48,629 nt of DNA, taken from positions 1 through 48,629 of the forward strand of contig JABGXI010000049.1 in assembly GCA_018675855.1 (NCBI GenBank), in the 5' to 3' direction. The DNA is from Flavobacteriaceae bacterium. Its GTDB lineage: Bacteria; Bacteroidota; Bacteroidia; Flavobacteriales; Flavobacteriaceae. The notes beneath the pieces were generated by a model. The model had not been told where the DNA came from. It was given only the letters and a program-made list of their open reading frames with translations, and did not search any database. Shown in pieces: positions 10,291-19,890 of this stretch. Every line of letters begins with the position of its first letter. The stretch's first letter is position 1. The position numbers were made by a program, and so were the translations under genes.

Positions 10291-10298
10291 TACATTTG
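10291..10298 (+). promoter_or_regulatory. second candidate -7 box (TACATTTG) for the 10340 gene
   Basis: Exact TAnnTTTG match 41 nt upstream of ATG 10340. Confidence 0.35.
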
Positions 10299-10339
10299 CT
10301 TTCCCTATTTATGGGGTAAGAAACTATATATTTTAAGAA

Positions 10340-11185
10340 ATGCAGAGTAAAAAACAACTCATTATTCATGCAGACGATGCTGGTCTTGCTTGGTCTGAAA
10401 ATCACGCTACACAAATCGGAATGTTAAAAGGAAGCATTAGTTCAACTAGTCTTATGGTTCCTTGCCCTTGGTTTTATGAGATGGCGCAATTCAGTTTGAA
10501 AAATCCAGAACTAGACTATGGAATTCATCTCACCCTTACAGGAGAATGGAAATCTTATCCCTTTAAACCAATAACTCCTAATTATAAAATACCTTCTCTA
10601 GTTGATAAAAACGGGCATTTTTACTCAAAAAGAGAAAATATCAGGGATCACGCTAATATTGACGAAGTTCGATTAGAGCTTAAGAATCAAATTGAATACG
10701 CTCTTTCTCTTGGCATGAAACCTTCACATTTAGATTCTCATATGTATACTTTAGGATTGCGCCAAGATCTGATTGATCTTTATCAGGATCTAGGAAATGA
10801 ATATAAACTTCCTATTATTCTAAGTAAAACCTTAATTTCCTACACAGGAGAAGACCCTTCAAAATTTAATATCGATTCTAACAAATGTTTTGAATCAATT
10901 TTCATGGCTTCATTTAATGAATTTAAAAACCAAGGACTTAAAGTTCACTATGAAACCATACTAGATTCATTGCCAGAAGGACTTTCCATTATTTTGATTC
11001 ATCCTGCACTAGAGAGTAAAGAGATGCAACAGATAACAGTAGGTCATCCTAATTTTGGTGCAATATGGCGTGCTGAAGATGCCCACTATTTTAATAGCAA
11101 AGCTTGTAGTGACAAATTAATAGAAAATAACATTCAGTTAGTAACTTTCAAAAGTCCTGGAGTACTTAAGATTCTGGGTGCATAA
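10340..11185 (+). CDS. YdjC/ChbG-family carbohydrate deacetylase-like protein
   Basis: [10 protein letters not shown]...SLMVP...[12 protein letters not shown]...PSHLDSHM pattern typical of the YdjC family. Cytoplasmic (no signal peptide). Confidence 0.72.
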   Translation: MQSKKQLIIHADDAGLAWSENHATQIGMLKGSISSTSLMVPCPWFYEMAQFSLKNPELDYGIHLTLTGEWKSYPFKPITPNYKIPSLVDKNGHFYSKRENIRDHANIDEVRLELKNQIEYALSLGMKPSHLDSHMYTLGLRQDLIDLYQDLGNEYKLPIILSKTLISYTGEDPSKFNIDSNKCFESIFMASFNEFKNQGLKVHYETILDSLPEGLSIILIHPALESKEMQQITVGHPNFGAIWRAEDAHYFNSKACSDKLIENNIQLVTFKSPGVLKILGA

Positions 11186-11519
11186 ACTGCTGTTTCCCTA
11201 GAAGTGTATTCTCGGTTTCTACATGATTGTCGTCAGGCACACAACAATCTACAGGACAGACAGCTGCACATTGAGGCTCATCATGAAAACCTTTACATTC
11301 TGTACATTTATCAGGAACTATAAAATAATATTCATCAGAAACAGGTTCTTGAAACTTTTCAGCATTTACTGCACTTCCATTAGGTAAAACAACATCACCC
11401 TTTAAAGAAGTACCATCTTCATACCTCCAATCCTCAGCACCTTCATAAATTGCGGTATTTGGGCATTCAGGTTCACAGGCGCCACAATTAATACACTCGT
11501 CAGTAATGATAATAGCCAT
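11166..11519 (-). CDS. 2x[4Fe-4S] ferredoxin
   Basis: [12 protein letters not shown] and CTEC...CAAVCPVDC cluster motifs. 117 aa. Its 3' end overlaps the convergent ydjC-like gene by 20 nt. Confidence 0.85.
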   Translation of the reverse strand: MAIIITDECINCGACEPECPNTAIYEGAEDWRYEDGTSLKGDVVLPNGSAVNAEKFQEPVSDEYYFIVPDKCTECKGFHDEPQCAAVCPVDCCVPDDNHVETENTLLGKQQFMHPES

Positions 11520-11534
11520 AGGAATATCTTTCCT

Positions 11535-11542
11535 TACATTTG
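11535..11542 (+). promoter_or_regulatory. candidate -7 box (TACATTTG) for the LuxC-like gene
   Basis: Exact TAnnTTTG match 37 nt upstream of ATG 11580. Confidence 0.4.
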
Positions 11543-11544
11543 TG

Positions 11545-11552
11545 CAAAAATA
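11545..11552 (-). promoter_or_regulatory. candidate -7 box (TATTTTTG on minus strand) for the ferredoxin gene
   Basis: Forward caaaaata lies 26 nt upstream of ATG 11519, back-to-back with the plus-strand box. Confidence 0.4.
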
Positions 11553-11579
11553 AGACCTTAAAAGTTCCTAAACAAGCAA

Positions 11580-12605
11580 ATGAACTTAAACTCAAAACGT
11601 ATTGAAGCCTTAGTTAAATTGGGAAATCACTTATTAGATTTTAATCCTAATGATAAAAACTATTCGGTTCTTCAAGAACAGGTTAAAAGAGCTTCTGAAT
11701 CCAACGGATGGTTTACAAAACGATCCATAGAGGAAACTTTTACAAGCTGGGGGACTACCCTTTCGATAGAGTATATAATTACTTGGCTAAAGCCCTATTT
11801 GTTTTCAACTCAAAAAAAATCTAAAAAAATTGCTTTAATTCTTGCTGGAAACATTCCTATGGTTGGTTTTCACGACATTATAAGTGTATGGGTTTGTGAA
11901 CATAAAGCTTTGGTTAAATGTGCTTCTAAAGATTTATTTTTATTACCCTACATGACAGATTTTTTAACGTCAGAGACTGGGGAAGATTTTATTACTTATG
12001 AAACTGGCAAATTAATCGGATTTGATGCGGTAATTGCAACTGGCTCAAATAATGCTGCTCGCTATTTTGATCATTATTTTTCTAGTTATCCTCACGTGAT
12101 AAGAAAAAATAGAAATGGCATTGCAGTCATTGAAGGTAATGAGACTAATGATGAGATGACTGCGCTAGGCAAAGACATGCTTCAATTCTTTGGACTTGGA
12201 TGTAGAAATGTTGCTAAAATATACCTACCAGAAGGATATGATTTAAACAAAATATTTGAAGGTGTTTATCCCTTTGCTTCGGTAATTGAACATGCTAAAT
12301 ATGCTAATAATTACGATTACAATAAAGCTGTTTTTCTAATGAGTACTTTTGATTTTTTAGAAAATGGTTTTTTTATTTTAAGAGAAGAAAAAAGTTTTAG
12401 TGCTCCAATCGCCTGTGTCCATTATGAATATTATAAAAATATTGAAGAATTATCCACACTATTGAGAAAACAAAAAGATTTTATTCAATGTATTGTTTCT
12501 CACCTAGATATTGAAAATAGTATTCCGTTTGGAGAAACTCAAAATCCAGCATTGTGGGACTATGCAGATGGTGTTGACACCATTAATTTTCTATTAGACA
12601 TATAA
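11580..12605 (+). CDS. LuxC-like acyl-CoA reductase family protein
   Basis: 341 aa. ...ALILAGNIPMVGFHD... and FFGLGCRNVAKIYLP (candidate catalytic Cys) resemble the LuxC/aldehyde-dehydrogenase-like acyl-CoA reductase family conserved in Bacteroidota. Confidence 0.65.
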   Translation: MNLNSKRIEALVKLGNHLLDFNPNDKNYSVLQEQVKRASESNGWFTKRSIEETFTSWGTTLSIEYIITWLKPYLFSTQKKSKKIALILAGNIPMVGFHDIISVWVCEHKALVKCASKDLFLLPYMTDFLTSETGEDFITYETGKLIGFDAVIATGSNNAARYFDHYFSSYPHVIRKNRNGIAVIEGNETNDEMTALGKDMLQFFGLGCRNVAKIYLPEGYDLNKIFEGVYPFASVIEHAKYANNYDYNKAVFLMSTFDFLENGFFILREEKSFSAPIACVHYEYYKNIEELSTLLRKQKDFIQCIVSHLDIENSIPFGETQNPALWDYADGVDTINFLLDI

Positions 12606-12787
12606 ATTATATGCTAGATTTCGCTTTTATTTTTCATTATTTTATGTTAACAACTCAGAAAAAAAAGAAATTTTTTATCCATTGTTTTATGATGGAATTA
12701 CAATATTTGTAATTATTAAAAATTAAGATTATTCATTCATAAAAAATACGAAAATCTCTTTAAAATAACTTAACACTTTTTAAGCTT

Positions 12788-13852
12788 ATGAAAATTCATA
12801 ATTTTAGTGCTGGCCCTTCCATACTTCCAAAAGAAGTGATGCATCAGGCTGCTGAAGCTGTGAAAGAACTTGACAATTCTGGATTATCCCTTATTGAAAT
12901 TTCACATCGTAGTAGCGCATTTATATCCATTATGGATGAAGCTTGTGCATTGGCACTCAAACTTACAGGACTTGAAAACAAAGGATACAAATCAATTTTT
13001 GTTCAAGGAGGTGCTAGTTTGCAATTTTTGATGACTGCTTACAATTTTTTAAATAAAAAAGCAGGGTATGTGAATACAGGGACATGGTCTGAAAAAGCCA
13101 TAAAAGAAGCGAAACTCATTGGAGAAGTTCAGGAATTAGCAAGTTCAAAAGAAGCAAATTATAATTTTATTCCAAAAGGCTATGAAATTCCAAATGACTT
13201 GGATTACCTTCACCTTACTTCTAACAATACTATTTTTGGAACTCAGATTAAAGAGATACCTGAGACAAAGGTTCCATTAGTCGCAGATATGAGTTCTGAT
13301 ATATTTTCTAGAAAATTTGATTATTCTAAATTCGATTGTTTTTATGCAGGTGCTCAAAAGAATATGGGTCCAGCCGGAGCTACTTTAGTCATTATTAAAG
13401 AAGAAATTTTAAATAAGATATCCAACACTGTTCCTTCAATGTTAAGTTATAAAATACAGGCAGAAAAAGATAGTATGTTTAATACACCCCCTGTATTTGC
13501 TGTATATACTTCCATGCTAAATATGAGATGGGTAAATTCTAAAGGGGGAATTGAAAAATTAGGGGAGCAAAACATGCAAAAAGCTAAGTTATTATATGGA
13601 GAAATTGATCGAAATTCTAAATTTGTAGGTTTTGCCGCTAAGGAAGATCGTAGTGATATGAACGCAACCTTTAACCTTGTTGATCAAAATGACTCCGAAT
13701 CATTTGATGGTTTATGCAATGCAGCTGGTATAAGCGGACTTAAAGGACACCGTTCTGTGGGTGGATACCGTGCCTCAATGTACAATGCCCTTCCCATTGA
13801 AAGTATAGATGTTTTAGTTGAATGTATGCAAAGCCTTGAAAAAAATAAATAA
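12788..13852 (+). CDS. serC: 3-phosphoserine aminotransferase
   Basis: NFSAGPSILPKEV... N-terminus, class-V aminotransferase fold length (354 aa), immediately followed by serA. Confidence 0.9.
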   Translation: MKIHNFSAGPSILPKEVMHQAAEAVKELDNSGLSLIEISHRSSAFISIMDEACALALKLTGLENKGYKSIFVQGGASLQFLMTAYNFLNKKAGYVNTGTWSEKAIKEAKLIGEVQELASSKEANYNFIPKGYEIPNDLDYLHLTSNNTIFGTQIKEIPETKVPLVADMSSDIFSRKFDYSKFDCFYAGAQKNMGPAGATLVIIKEEILNKISNTVPSMLSYKIQAEKDSMFNTPPVFAVYTSMLNMRWVNSKGGIEKLGEQNMQKAKLLYGEIDRNSKFVGFAAKEDRSDMNATFNLVDQNDSESFDGLCNAAGISGLKGHRSVGGYRASMYNALPIESIDVLVECMQSLEKNK

Positions 13853-13853
13853 T

Positions 13854-14804
13854 ATGAAAATTTTAGCCAATGATGGTATTTCGCAAAGCGGAATTGATGC
13901 GTTAACCAAAAACGGTTTTGACGTAATTACAACAAATGTAGCCCAAGAACAATTGGCCGGTTACATTAATGAAAATAAAGTCTCGGGACTACTTGTTCGA
14001 AGTGCTACAACTGCAAGAAAAGAATTAATTAATGCTTGTCCAGGACTTAAACTCATTGGTCGTGGTGGCGTTGGAATGGATAATATTGATGTTGATTATG
14101 CGAAATCAAAAGGATTATATGTTGTAAATACTCCAGCCGCTTCTTCAGCCTCTGTTGCAGAATTAGTTTTTGCACATTTATATGGAGGGGTTCGTTTTTT
14201 GTATGATTCCAACAGAAGTATGCCATTGGAAGGTGAAACTAACTTTAAAGGCCTTAAAAAAGCTTATGCAAAAGGAGCTGAACTTCGAGGCAAAACTTTA
14301 GGTATAATTGGTTTTGGTCGTATTGGTCAAGAAGTTGCTAAAATTGGCTTAGGAATCGGTATGAATGTTATTGCTGCTGATAAATTTACTGAAGAAGCTA
14401 CTGTAACAGTTACACTTTTTAATGGACAGTCTATTGCTGTAAATATAAAAACAGAATCCTTTAAGCAAGTTTTAGAAAAATCTGATTTTATTAGTTTGCA
14501 TGTACCGGCACAAAAAGAATACGTGATTGATGCCAGTGCTTTTTCTAAAATGAAGAAAGGTTCTGCCATAGTTAATGCCGCTCGTGGAGGCGTTGTTGAT
14601 GAAGTAGCATTAATTGAAGCACTGGAGAGTGGACATTTATCGTTTGCTGCATTAGATACATTTGAAAATGAACCTAAGCCTGAAATCAAACTTTTAATGC
14701 ACGATAAAATTTCATTGACTCCTCATATCGGTGCAGCTACTTTAGAGGCACAAGATCGTATTGGAGAAGAATTAGCTGCTCAAATCAGTTCGTTACTTAA
14801 ATAA
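13854..14804 (+). CDS. serA: D-3-phosphoglycerate dehydrogenase (short form, D-2-hydroxyacid dehydrogenase family)
   Basis: NAD-binding GIIGFGRIGQEVA, catalytic-domain motifs NAARGGVVDE and TPHIGA. ATG 13854 lies 1 nt after the serC stop. The ORF-track start 13818 is a TTG inside serC. Confidence 0.85.
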   Translation: MKILANDGISQSGIDALTKNGFDVITTNVAQEQLAGYINENKVSGLLVRSATTARKELINACPGLKLIGRGGVGMDNIDVDYAKSKGLYVVNTPAASSASVAELVFAHLYGGVRFLYDSNRSMPLEGETNFKGLKKAYAKGAELRGKTLGIIGFGRIGQEVAKIGLGIGMNVIAADKFTEEATVTVTLFNGQSIAVNIKTESFKQVLEKSDFISLHVPAQKEYVIDASAFSKMKKGSAIVNAARGGVVDEVALIEALESGHLSFAALDTFENEPKPEIKLLMHDKISLTPHIGAATLEAQDRIGEELAAQISSLLK

Positions 14805-15137
14805 TTGAATTTGTATTTTACTAGATTAAAAAATAAATGGGGGGTTGAATCAAATAGTCAATTCATTTTAATTTTTATAGTTTTTGGAATTACAGGCTCT
14901 CTTAGTGTTCGGTTGGCAAAGCCTGTTCTTGAATTTTTAAATATTAACAATGATTTTTTTAAGGATTTATTTCTTGGAGATATGCTCTATTGGACACTTC
15001 GTGTTGTAATTGTTTTTCCTTTATATCAATTATTACTACTGGTCATTGGAACACTTTTTTTACAATTTAAGTTTTTTTGGAATTTTGAAAAGAAAATACT
15101 TTGTAGAATTGGTTTTAAGCGTTTTTTTAAAAAATAA
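14805..15137 (+). CDS. small integral membrane protein (2-3 TM), unknown function
   Basis: 110-aa hydrophobic ORF whose TTG start abuts the serA stop. No internal ATG near the start. Confidence 0.45.
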   Translation: MNLYFTRLKNKWGVESNSQFILIFIVFGITGSLSVRLAKPVLEFLNINNDFFKDLFLGDMLYWTLRVVIVFPLYQLLLLVIGTLFLQFKFFWNFEKKILCRIGFKRFFKK

Positions 15138-15150
15138 CTTAAGAATTTTT

Positions 15151-15732
15151 TTAATGAATAAGTTTCAGGAATTCATTCCTAGTATCAGTTTCCTTAAATG
15201 TTCCTCTAAACCCCGAGGTTGTTGTAGAGGAGTTTTGTTTTTGCACTCCGCGCATCATCATGCACATGTGGGACGCTTCAATAACAACCGCAACACCTTT
15301 TGGAGATAGCGTTTCATTTATACAATCTAAAATCTGCTCTGTTAAACGTTCTTGAACTTGTAACCTTCGTGAAAAAACATCAACTACTCTAGGTAATTTG
15401 CTTAAACCTACAATATGACCATTTGGAATGTAAGCTATGTGAGCTTTCCCAAAAAATGGTAACAAGTGGTGTTCACACAAAGAATATAATTCAATGTCTT
15501 TTACAATTACCATTTCACTATAACTCTCCTCAAACATTGCACTTTGAAGAATTTTGTGGGGGTTTTTATCATATCCTTCTGTTAAAAAACTAATTGCCTT
15601 AGCAGCACGCTCAGGTGTTTTTAATAAACCATCTCGATCTTTATTTTCTCCTAATAAATTAAGGATATTTTCGTAATTTGACTTTATTTTATAAGTTTTT
15701 TTTAGGGTTTCAGTATCTAAGTTATCGTTCAT
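15151..15732 (-). CDS. folE: GTP cyclohydrolase I
   Basis: 193 aa. Motifs [20 protein letters not shown] and HMCMMMRGV are diagnostic of FolE type I. Confidence 0.9.
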   Translation of the reverse strand: MNDNLDTETLKKTYKIKSNYENILNLLGENKDRDGLLKTPERAAKAISFLTEGYDKNPHKILQSAMFEESYSEMVIVKDIELYSLCEHHLLPFFGKAHIAYIPNGHIVGLSKLPRVVDVFSRRLQVQERLTEQILDCINETLSPKGVAVVIEASHMCMMMRGVQKQNSSTTTSGFRGTFKETDTRNEFLKLIH

Positions 15733-16290
15733 TTAAATAGTAATAAAATTTTTAAAGTATTTTTTTAATTTTTCAATTTTAGGATCAATAATATAGGTAC
15801 AATAAGGCAGGCTTTTATTTAAATTATAGTAATTAAAATGCTCTTCTTCAGCTTTATAGAATGGTTTTGCTATTTTAACTTCAGTAACAATTGGGTTTTC
15901 ATAAACTTGAGCCTCTTCTAATTGCTTCATTACAGTCTCAATAACAATTTTATCTTCAGGATCGAGATAATATATACCAGAACGATATTGAGTGCCCTTG
16001 TCATTTTGCTGACTATTTAGCGTTGTCGGGTCATGTGTGTTAAAGAAAATTAAAAGCAATTCAACTAAGCTAATTTCATCAACTTCAAAATCAACTGAAA
16101 TAGCTTCTGTATGTCCCGTTCTTTCAGAGCAAACTTCTCTATAGGCTGGGTTCTTAATAAAACCATCTATATAACCTGGGATTACTGATCTAACACCATT
16201 TAAGCGCTGAAAAACTGCTTCAGTACACCAAAAACATCCTCCTGCTAAGTATATAGTTTTGATCAATTTGATTTGACATTTATTAAACAA
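15733..16290 (-). CDS. msrA: peptide-methionine (S)-S-oxide reductase
   Basis: GGCFWCTEAVF active-site motif. The stop abuts the folE ATG. Start is uncertain: 16290 is a TTG that lies inside a TATATTTG box, so the in-frame TTG at 16266 (MIKTIYLAGGCFW) is a plausible true start. Confidence 0.82.
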   Translation of the reverse strand: MFNKCQIKLIKTIYLAGGCFWCTEAVFQRLNGVRSVIPGYIDGFIKNPAYREVCSERTGHTEAISVDFEVDEISLVELLLIFFNTHDPTTLNSQQNDKGTQYRSGIYYLDPEDKIVIETVMKQLEEAQVYENPIVTEVKIAKPFYKAEEEHFNYYNLNKSLPYCTYIIDPKIEKLKKYFKNFITI

Positions 16291-16295
16291 ATATA
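16288..16295 (-). promoter_or_regulatory. candidate -7 box (TATATTTG on minus strand) for msrA-folE
   Basis: Forward caaatata is TAnnTTTG on the minus strand, about 22 nt upstream of the alternative TTG start at 16266. Confidence 0.3.
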
Positions 16296-16431
16296 ATGAT
16301 AGATATAAAAAATCAATCTTTATAAATGTATAATATTTCTTATTTTTCTATAAAATTTAAATAAAAACATATTTTAGAAATTAGTCTAAGTGAAGTAATA
16401 AACACAAAAAAGAAGTACTTTAGATATAACT

Positions 16432-17103
16432 ATGGAACAACTGCTCAAAGCACAGCATGTATCAAAAAATTATGGAGATTTAAAGGTCCTAATTGATGTA
16501 AATATAACCTTAAAGATTGGTGAGATCATTACAATAATTGGACCCTCTGGAGCTGGAAAAACAACTCTTCTTCATATCCTCGGAACTTTAGATCGTCCAA
16601 ATAAAAATACAAATACTATTATTAGTATAGAAAATACTGAAACCACCCTATTAACAGATAAAGCTTTAGCAAAATTTAGAAATAAGCATATGGGTTTCAT
16701 TTTTCAATTCCATGAATTACTTCCTGAATTCACTGCCCTTGAAAACGTTTGTCTTCCCGGTTGGTTAGGGGGTGATTTTTCAAAAGAAAAAACCAAAAAA
16801 GCGATAGGCTTACTAAAACGTTTGGGTCTTGAAAAACGTGCATCCCATAAGCCAACAAGCCTCTCTGGTGGAGAACAACAACGTGTTGCAGTGGCTAGAG
16901 CACTTATCAACGATCCTAAAGTCATATTTGCAGATGAACCTACAGGAAATTTAGATTCTGAAAATGCAAATAGTTTGCATGATTTATTTTTTGAGTTAAG
17001 AGATGAATTAGGCTGTAGTTTTGTAATTGTAACTCATAACAAAGATCTTGCAAAAAGATCTGACAGGACCATTAACCTAAAAGACGGTCAAATTATCTCG
17101 TGA
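16432..17103 (+). CDS. ABC transporter ATP-binding protein, LolD/MacB-like subfamily
   Basis: Walker A GPSGAGKTT, signature LSGGEQQRVAVARAL, Walker B IFADEPTGNLD. No permease gene is adjacent. Confidence 0.85.
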   Translation: MEQLLKAQHVSKNYGDLKVLIDVNITLKIGEIITIIGPSGAGKTTLLHILGTLDRPNKNTNTIISIENTETTLLTDKALAKFRNKHMGFIFQFHELLPEFTALENVCLPGWLGGDFSKEKTKKAIGLLKRLGLEKRASHKPTSLSGGEQQRVAVARALINDPKVIFADEPTGNLDSENANSLHDLFFELRDELGCSFVIVTHNKDLAKRSDRTINLKDGQIIS

Positions 17104-17867
17104 ATAAAAATGAATTAAAGGCATTCTTAGACGCCAAAGTAATAGAGTTTGAAAATACTAAGTTCTTACAAGAGGATCCTATTCAAATTCCACATCAATT
17201 TCAAAAAAAGGAAGACATTGAAATTTCTGCTTTTTTAGTTGCTACCATAGCTTGGGGAAATCGAGTTAGCATTATTAAAAGTGGAAATAGAATGATGGAA
17301 CTTATGGATAATGATCCTCATTCCTTTATATTAAATCATCAAAAAAATGATTTAAAGCTATTAGATAGCTTTGTGCACAGAACTTTTAACAGTATTGATT
17401 TATGTTACTTCATAAAAGCACTTCAAGCTATATATAATATACACGGTGGTCTTGAGGCTGCATTTAGCACAAACTCTGAGGCTAATAATACGTATGAAAA
17501 CATTCATGAATTTAAAAAAATATTTTTTTCCTTACCTCATCAAAAGCGGACGCAAAAACATATATCAGATCCATTGAATGGATCAGCAGCAAAACGTTTA
17601 AATATGTTTTTACGTTGGATGGTTCGACCAGCTAATAAAGGGGTTGATTTTGGAATATGGAAACGACTAAAAACTTCACAACTTTCCTGTCCTTTAGACG
17701 TTCACACTGGGAATGTAGCAAGAACTCTTGGTATACTAAAGCGGAAACAAAATGATTTTAAGGCACTATTTGAGTTGGATGTCGCTCTTCGAAAATTTGA
17801 TTCTCAAGATCCAATTAAATATGATTTTGCCCTTTTTGGTCTTGGTGTTTTTGAAGGTTTTAAGTAG
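17100..17867 (+). CDS. conserved hypothetical protein (DUF2400/TIGR02757-like)
   Basis: 255 aa. GTG start overlaps the upstream stop (GTGA). ...WGNR...RLNMFLRWMVR...D.G.W...L..PLDVH... resembles the Bacteroidota/deltaproteobacterial TIGR02757 family. Recognised from memory only. Confidence 0.55.
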   Translation: MNKNELKAFLDAKVIEFENTKFLQEDPIQIPHQFQKKEDIEISAFLVATIAWGNRVSIIKSGNRMMELMDNDPHSFILNHQKNDLKLLDSFVHRTFNSIDLCYFIKALQAIYNIHGGLEAAFSTNSEANNTYENIHEFKKIFFSLPHQKRTQKHISDPLNGSAAKRLNMFLRWMVRPANKGVDFGIWKRLKTSQLSCPLDVHTGNVARTLGILKRKQNDFKALFELDVALRKFDSQDPIKYDFALFGLGVFEGFK

Positions 17868-17939
17868 CTAAGTAATGCTTTCCATTAAATTGGAAAACTC
17901 AATTCAGAAAGCTATCTTTAATTGAATTATTCTTTAAAA

Positions 17940-19166
17940 ATGGTTAATAAATTTTTAGAAAAAATAGGTCCAGGTCCTTTTATTGCTGCTGCATTTATCG
18001 GTCCTGGTACCATTACACTTTGTACTATAGTAGGAGCTAAATATGGGCTTAATCTACTTTGGACTATACTAGTGTCTATTATTGCAGCAATCATCCTTCA
18101 GGGTATGGCAGTAAAGCTGGGCGTTATAGGTAAGAAAAGTATTACTCAGATACTCAAAGATGAAATAAAAACACCATGGCTTAGAATTGGAGTATTGCTA
18201 CTTGTTTTTACAGCTATTATGATTGGAAATACTGCCTATGAAGCAGGAAATATAAGTGGAGCTGTTCTTGGATTAGAAACTATTTTTGGAAAACAACTTA
18301 TTCGCTTTAATAAGGTAACAATTAATTTATTTTCATTTCTAATAGGATTCCTTGCTGGAGGATTATTATGGATAGGAAAGTATAAACTAATTGAACGTAG
18401 TTTAATTATTATGGTTGTCTTAATGAGTATTTCATTTTTTTTAACAGCATTTAGTACAGGTCCTTCTCTTTTGCATGTAATAAGAGGTCTTTTTAACTTT
18501 TCAATCCCAAAGGGTAGTTTGCTAAGCATTATAGGATTAGTAGGAACTACTATTGTTCCTTACAATTTATTTCTTCACACTGAATTGGTGAGGAAAAAAT
18601 GGAGCCATGTTGCTCAGCTCCCGCTTGCTATGAATGACATGGTTATTGCCCTAGTATTAGGGGGTGTAATTTCTCTGAGCGTTATTATTAGTGCTTCAGC
18701 AACCTCATTAATCCAAATTGAAAATGCAGTCGACTTAGCAAAAGGACTTGAGCCTATTTTCGGTTCGTTTTCAAAATACTTCCTCTCATTTGGTTTATTT
18801 GCAGCTGGCATAACAAGTACAATTACTGCTCCTCTTGCTGCAGCATATGTTGTTTGTGGTTGTTTTAGCTGGGATACCAATATGAAATCTACTCGTTTTA
18901 AAATAGTATGGGGGATTGTTTTACTTACAGGAGTATTGTTTTCAGCCACAGGTTTAAAATTGATAGCAATTATTCAGTTTGCTCAAATTACAAATGGACT
19001 ATTGCTACCACTCATTGCATTAATAATTCTTTGGATAATGAACAAGTCCAGCGTTCTTGGGGCTTATAAAAATAATACTTTTCAAAATATTTTAGGTTTT
19101 ATGGTTGTAATTATTGCATTTTTATTGAGTGTACGTTCTTTATGGTCTGTTTATTTGAAATTATAA
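17940..19166 (+). CDS. Nramp-family (YcsG-like) transporter
   Basis: About 11-TM ORF with an Nramp-like N-terminus GPGPFIAAAFIGPGTI. The first ATG is at 17940 (ORF-track 17922 is a TTG). Directly precedes pxpABC, as ycsG does in B. subtilis. Confidence 0.78.
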   Translation: MVNKFLEKIGPGPFIAAAFIGPGTITLCTIVGAKYGLNLLWTILVSIIAAIILQGMAVKLGVIGKKSITQILKDEIKTPWLRIGVLLLVFTAIMIGNTAYEAGNISGAVLGLETIFGKQLIRFNKVTINLFSFLIGFLAGGLLWIGKYKLIERSLIIMVVLMSISFFLTAFSTGPSLLHVIRGLFNFSIPKGSLLSIIGLVGTTIVPYNLFLHTELVRKKWSHVAQLPLAMNDMVIALVLGGVISLSVIISASATSLIQIENAVDLAKGLEPIFGSFSKYFLSFGLFAAGITSTITAPLAAAYVVCGCFSWDTNMKSTRFKIVWGIVLLTGVLFSATGLKLIAIIQFAQITNGLLLPLIALIILWIMNKSSVLGAYKNNTFQNILGFMVVIIAFLLSVRSLWSVYLKL

Positions 19167-19169
19167 TGG

Positions 19170-19880
19170 ATGAATAAAAATTTTCATATTAATGCCGATG
19201 TAGGTGAAGGTTTTGGAATTGAAGCTGAAATAATACCCTTAATAGATAGTTGTAATATTGCTTGTGGAGGTCACGCAGGGGGGAAAATGGAGCTATCTAA
19301 AGCAATTACAATAGCTAAAAAAAATGATGTGAAAATTGGAGCACATCCTTCTTACCCTGATCTTAAAAATTTTGGAAGAATTTCAATGGAAATTAATCTT
19401 GATGAACTTTATAAAAGCTTGAAGGAACAACTGATTTTATTTTTACATGAGAGTTCTTATACTTTAAATCACGTTAAGGCACATGGTGCCCTGTATCATG
19501 ATTCAGCAAATAAACTTGAAATTGCATCCTTATTAATTAAGGTAATTCTTGAATTATGTCCTCATGCAATAATCGTGACACTACCTAACAGTATTTTAGA
19601 AAAATTAGGAAAAGAAAATAACTTAACCATATGGCGTGAAGGTTATATAGATCGAAGGTATCATGATAATGGAATGTTGGTTTCACGTACAAATCCCTTC
19701 GCTACACTCTCATCGCTTGAAGATTTAAACCAACAATTTTACACTTTAATAAACCATCAATATGTAAAAACATTAGAAGGAAATCCTCTTTCATTAAAAG
19801 TAGATACTTTGTGTATTCATGGGGATCATCCTGATGCAGTTAGAAATCTTAAAAGTCTAATTATAAAATTTAAAAAATAA
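19170..19880 (+). CDS. pxpA: 5-oxoprolinase subunit A (LamB/YcsF family)
   Basis: INADVGEG...CNIACGGHAGG...HPSYPD motifs of the LamB/YcsF family. Operon with pxpB and pxpC. Confidence 0.8.
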   Translation: MNKNFHINADVGEGFGIEAEIIPLIDSCNIACGGHAGGKMELSKAITIAKKNDVKIGAHPSYPDLKNFGRISMEINLDELYKSLKEQLILFLHESSYTLNHVKAHGALYHDSANKLEIASLLIKVILELCPHAIIVTLPNSILEKLGKENNLTIWREGYIDRRYHDNGMLVSRTNPFATLSSLEDLNQQFYTLINHQYVKTLEGNPLSLKVDTLCIHGDHPDAVRNLKSLIIKFKK

Positions 19881-19890
19881 TAATCATCTA

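Noticed and set aside
13818-13853. Extended serA start overlapping serC
   Set aside because: The start is a TTG inside serC. ATG 13854, 1 nt after the serC stop, yields the canonical MKILANDGI N-terminus.
15010-15309. 99-aa plus-strand ORF bridging the 14805 membrane-protein gene and folE
   Set aside because: It overlaps two better-supported genes in other frames or on the other strand, and its sequence is implausible. A shadow ORF.
17868-17939. Possible Mn-sensing (yybP-ykoY type) riboswitch upstream of the Nramp-like gene, or upstream of TerC (774-776)
   Set aside because: The leaders are 72 nt and 3 nt respectively, AT-rich and without the conserved helices. There is no room for, or signature of, such a riboswitch.
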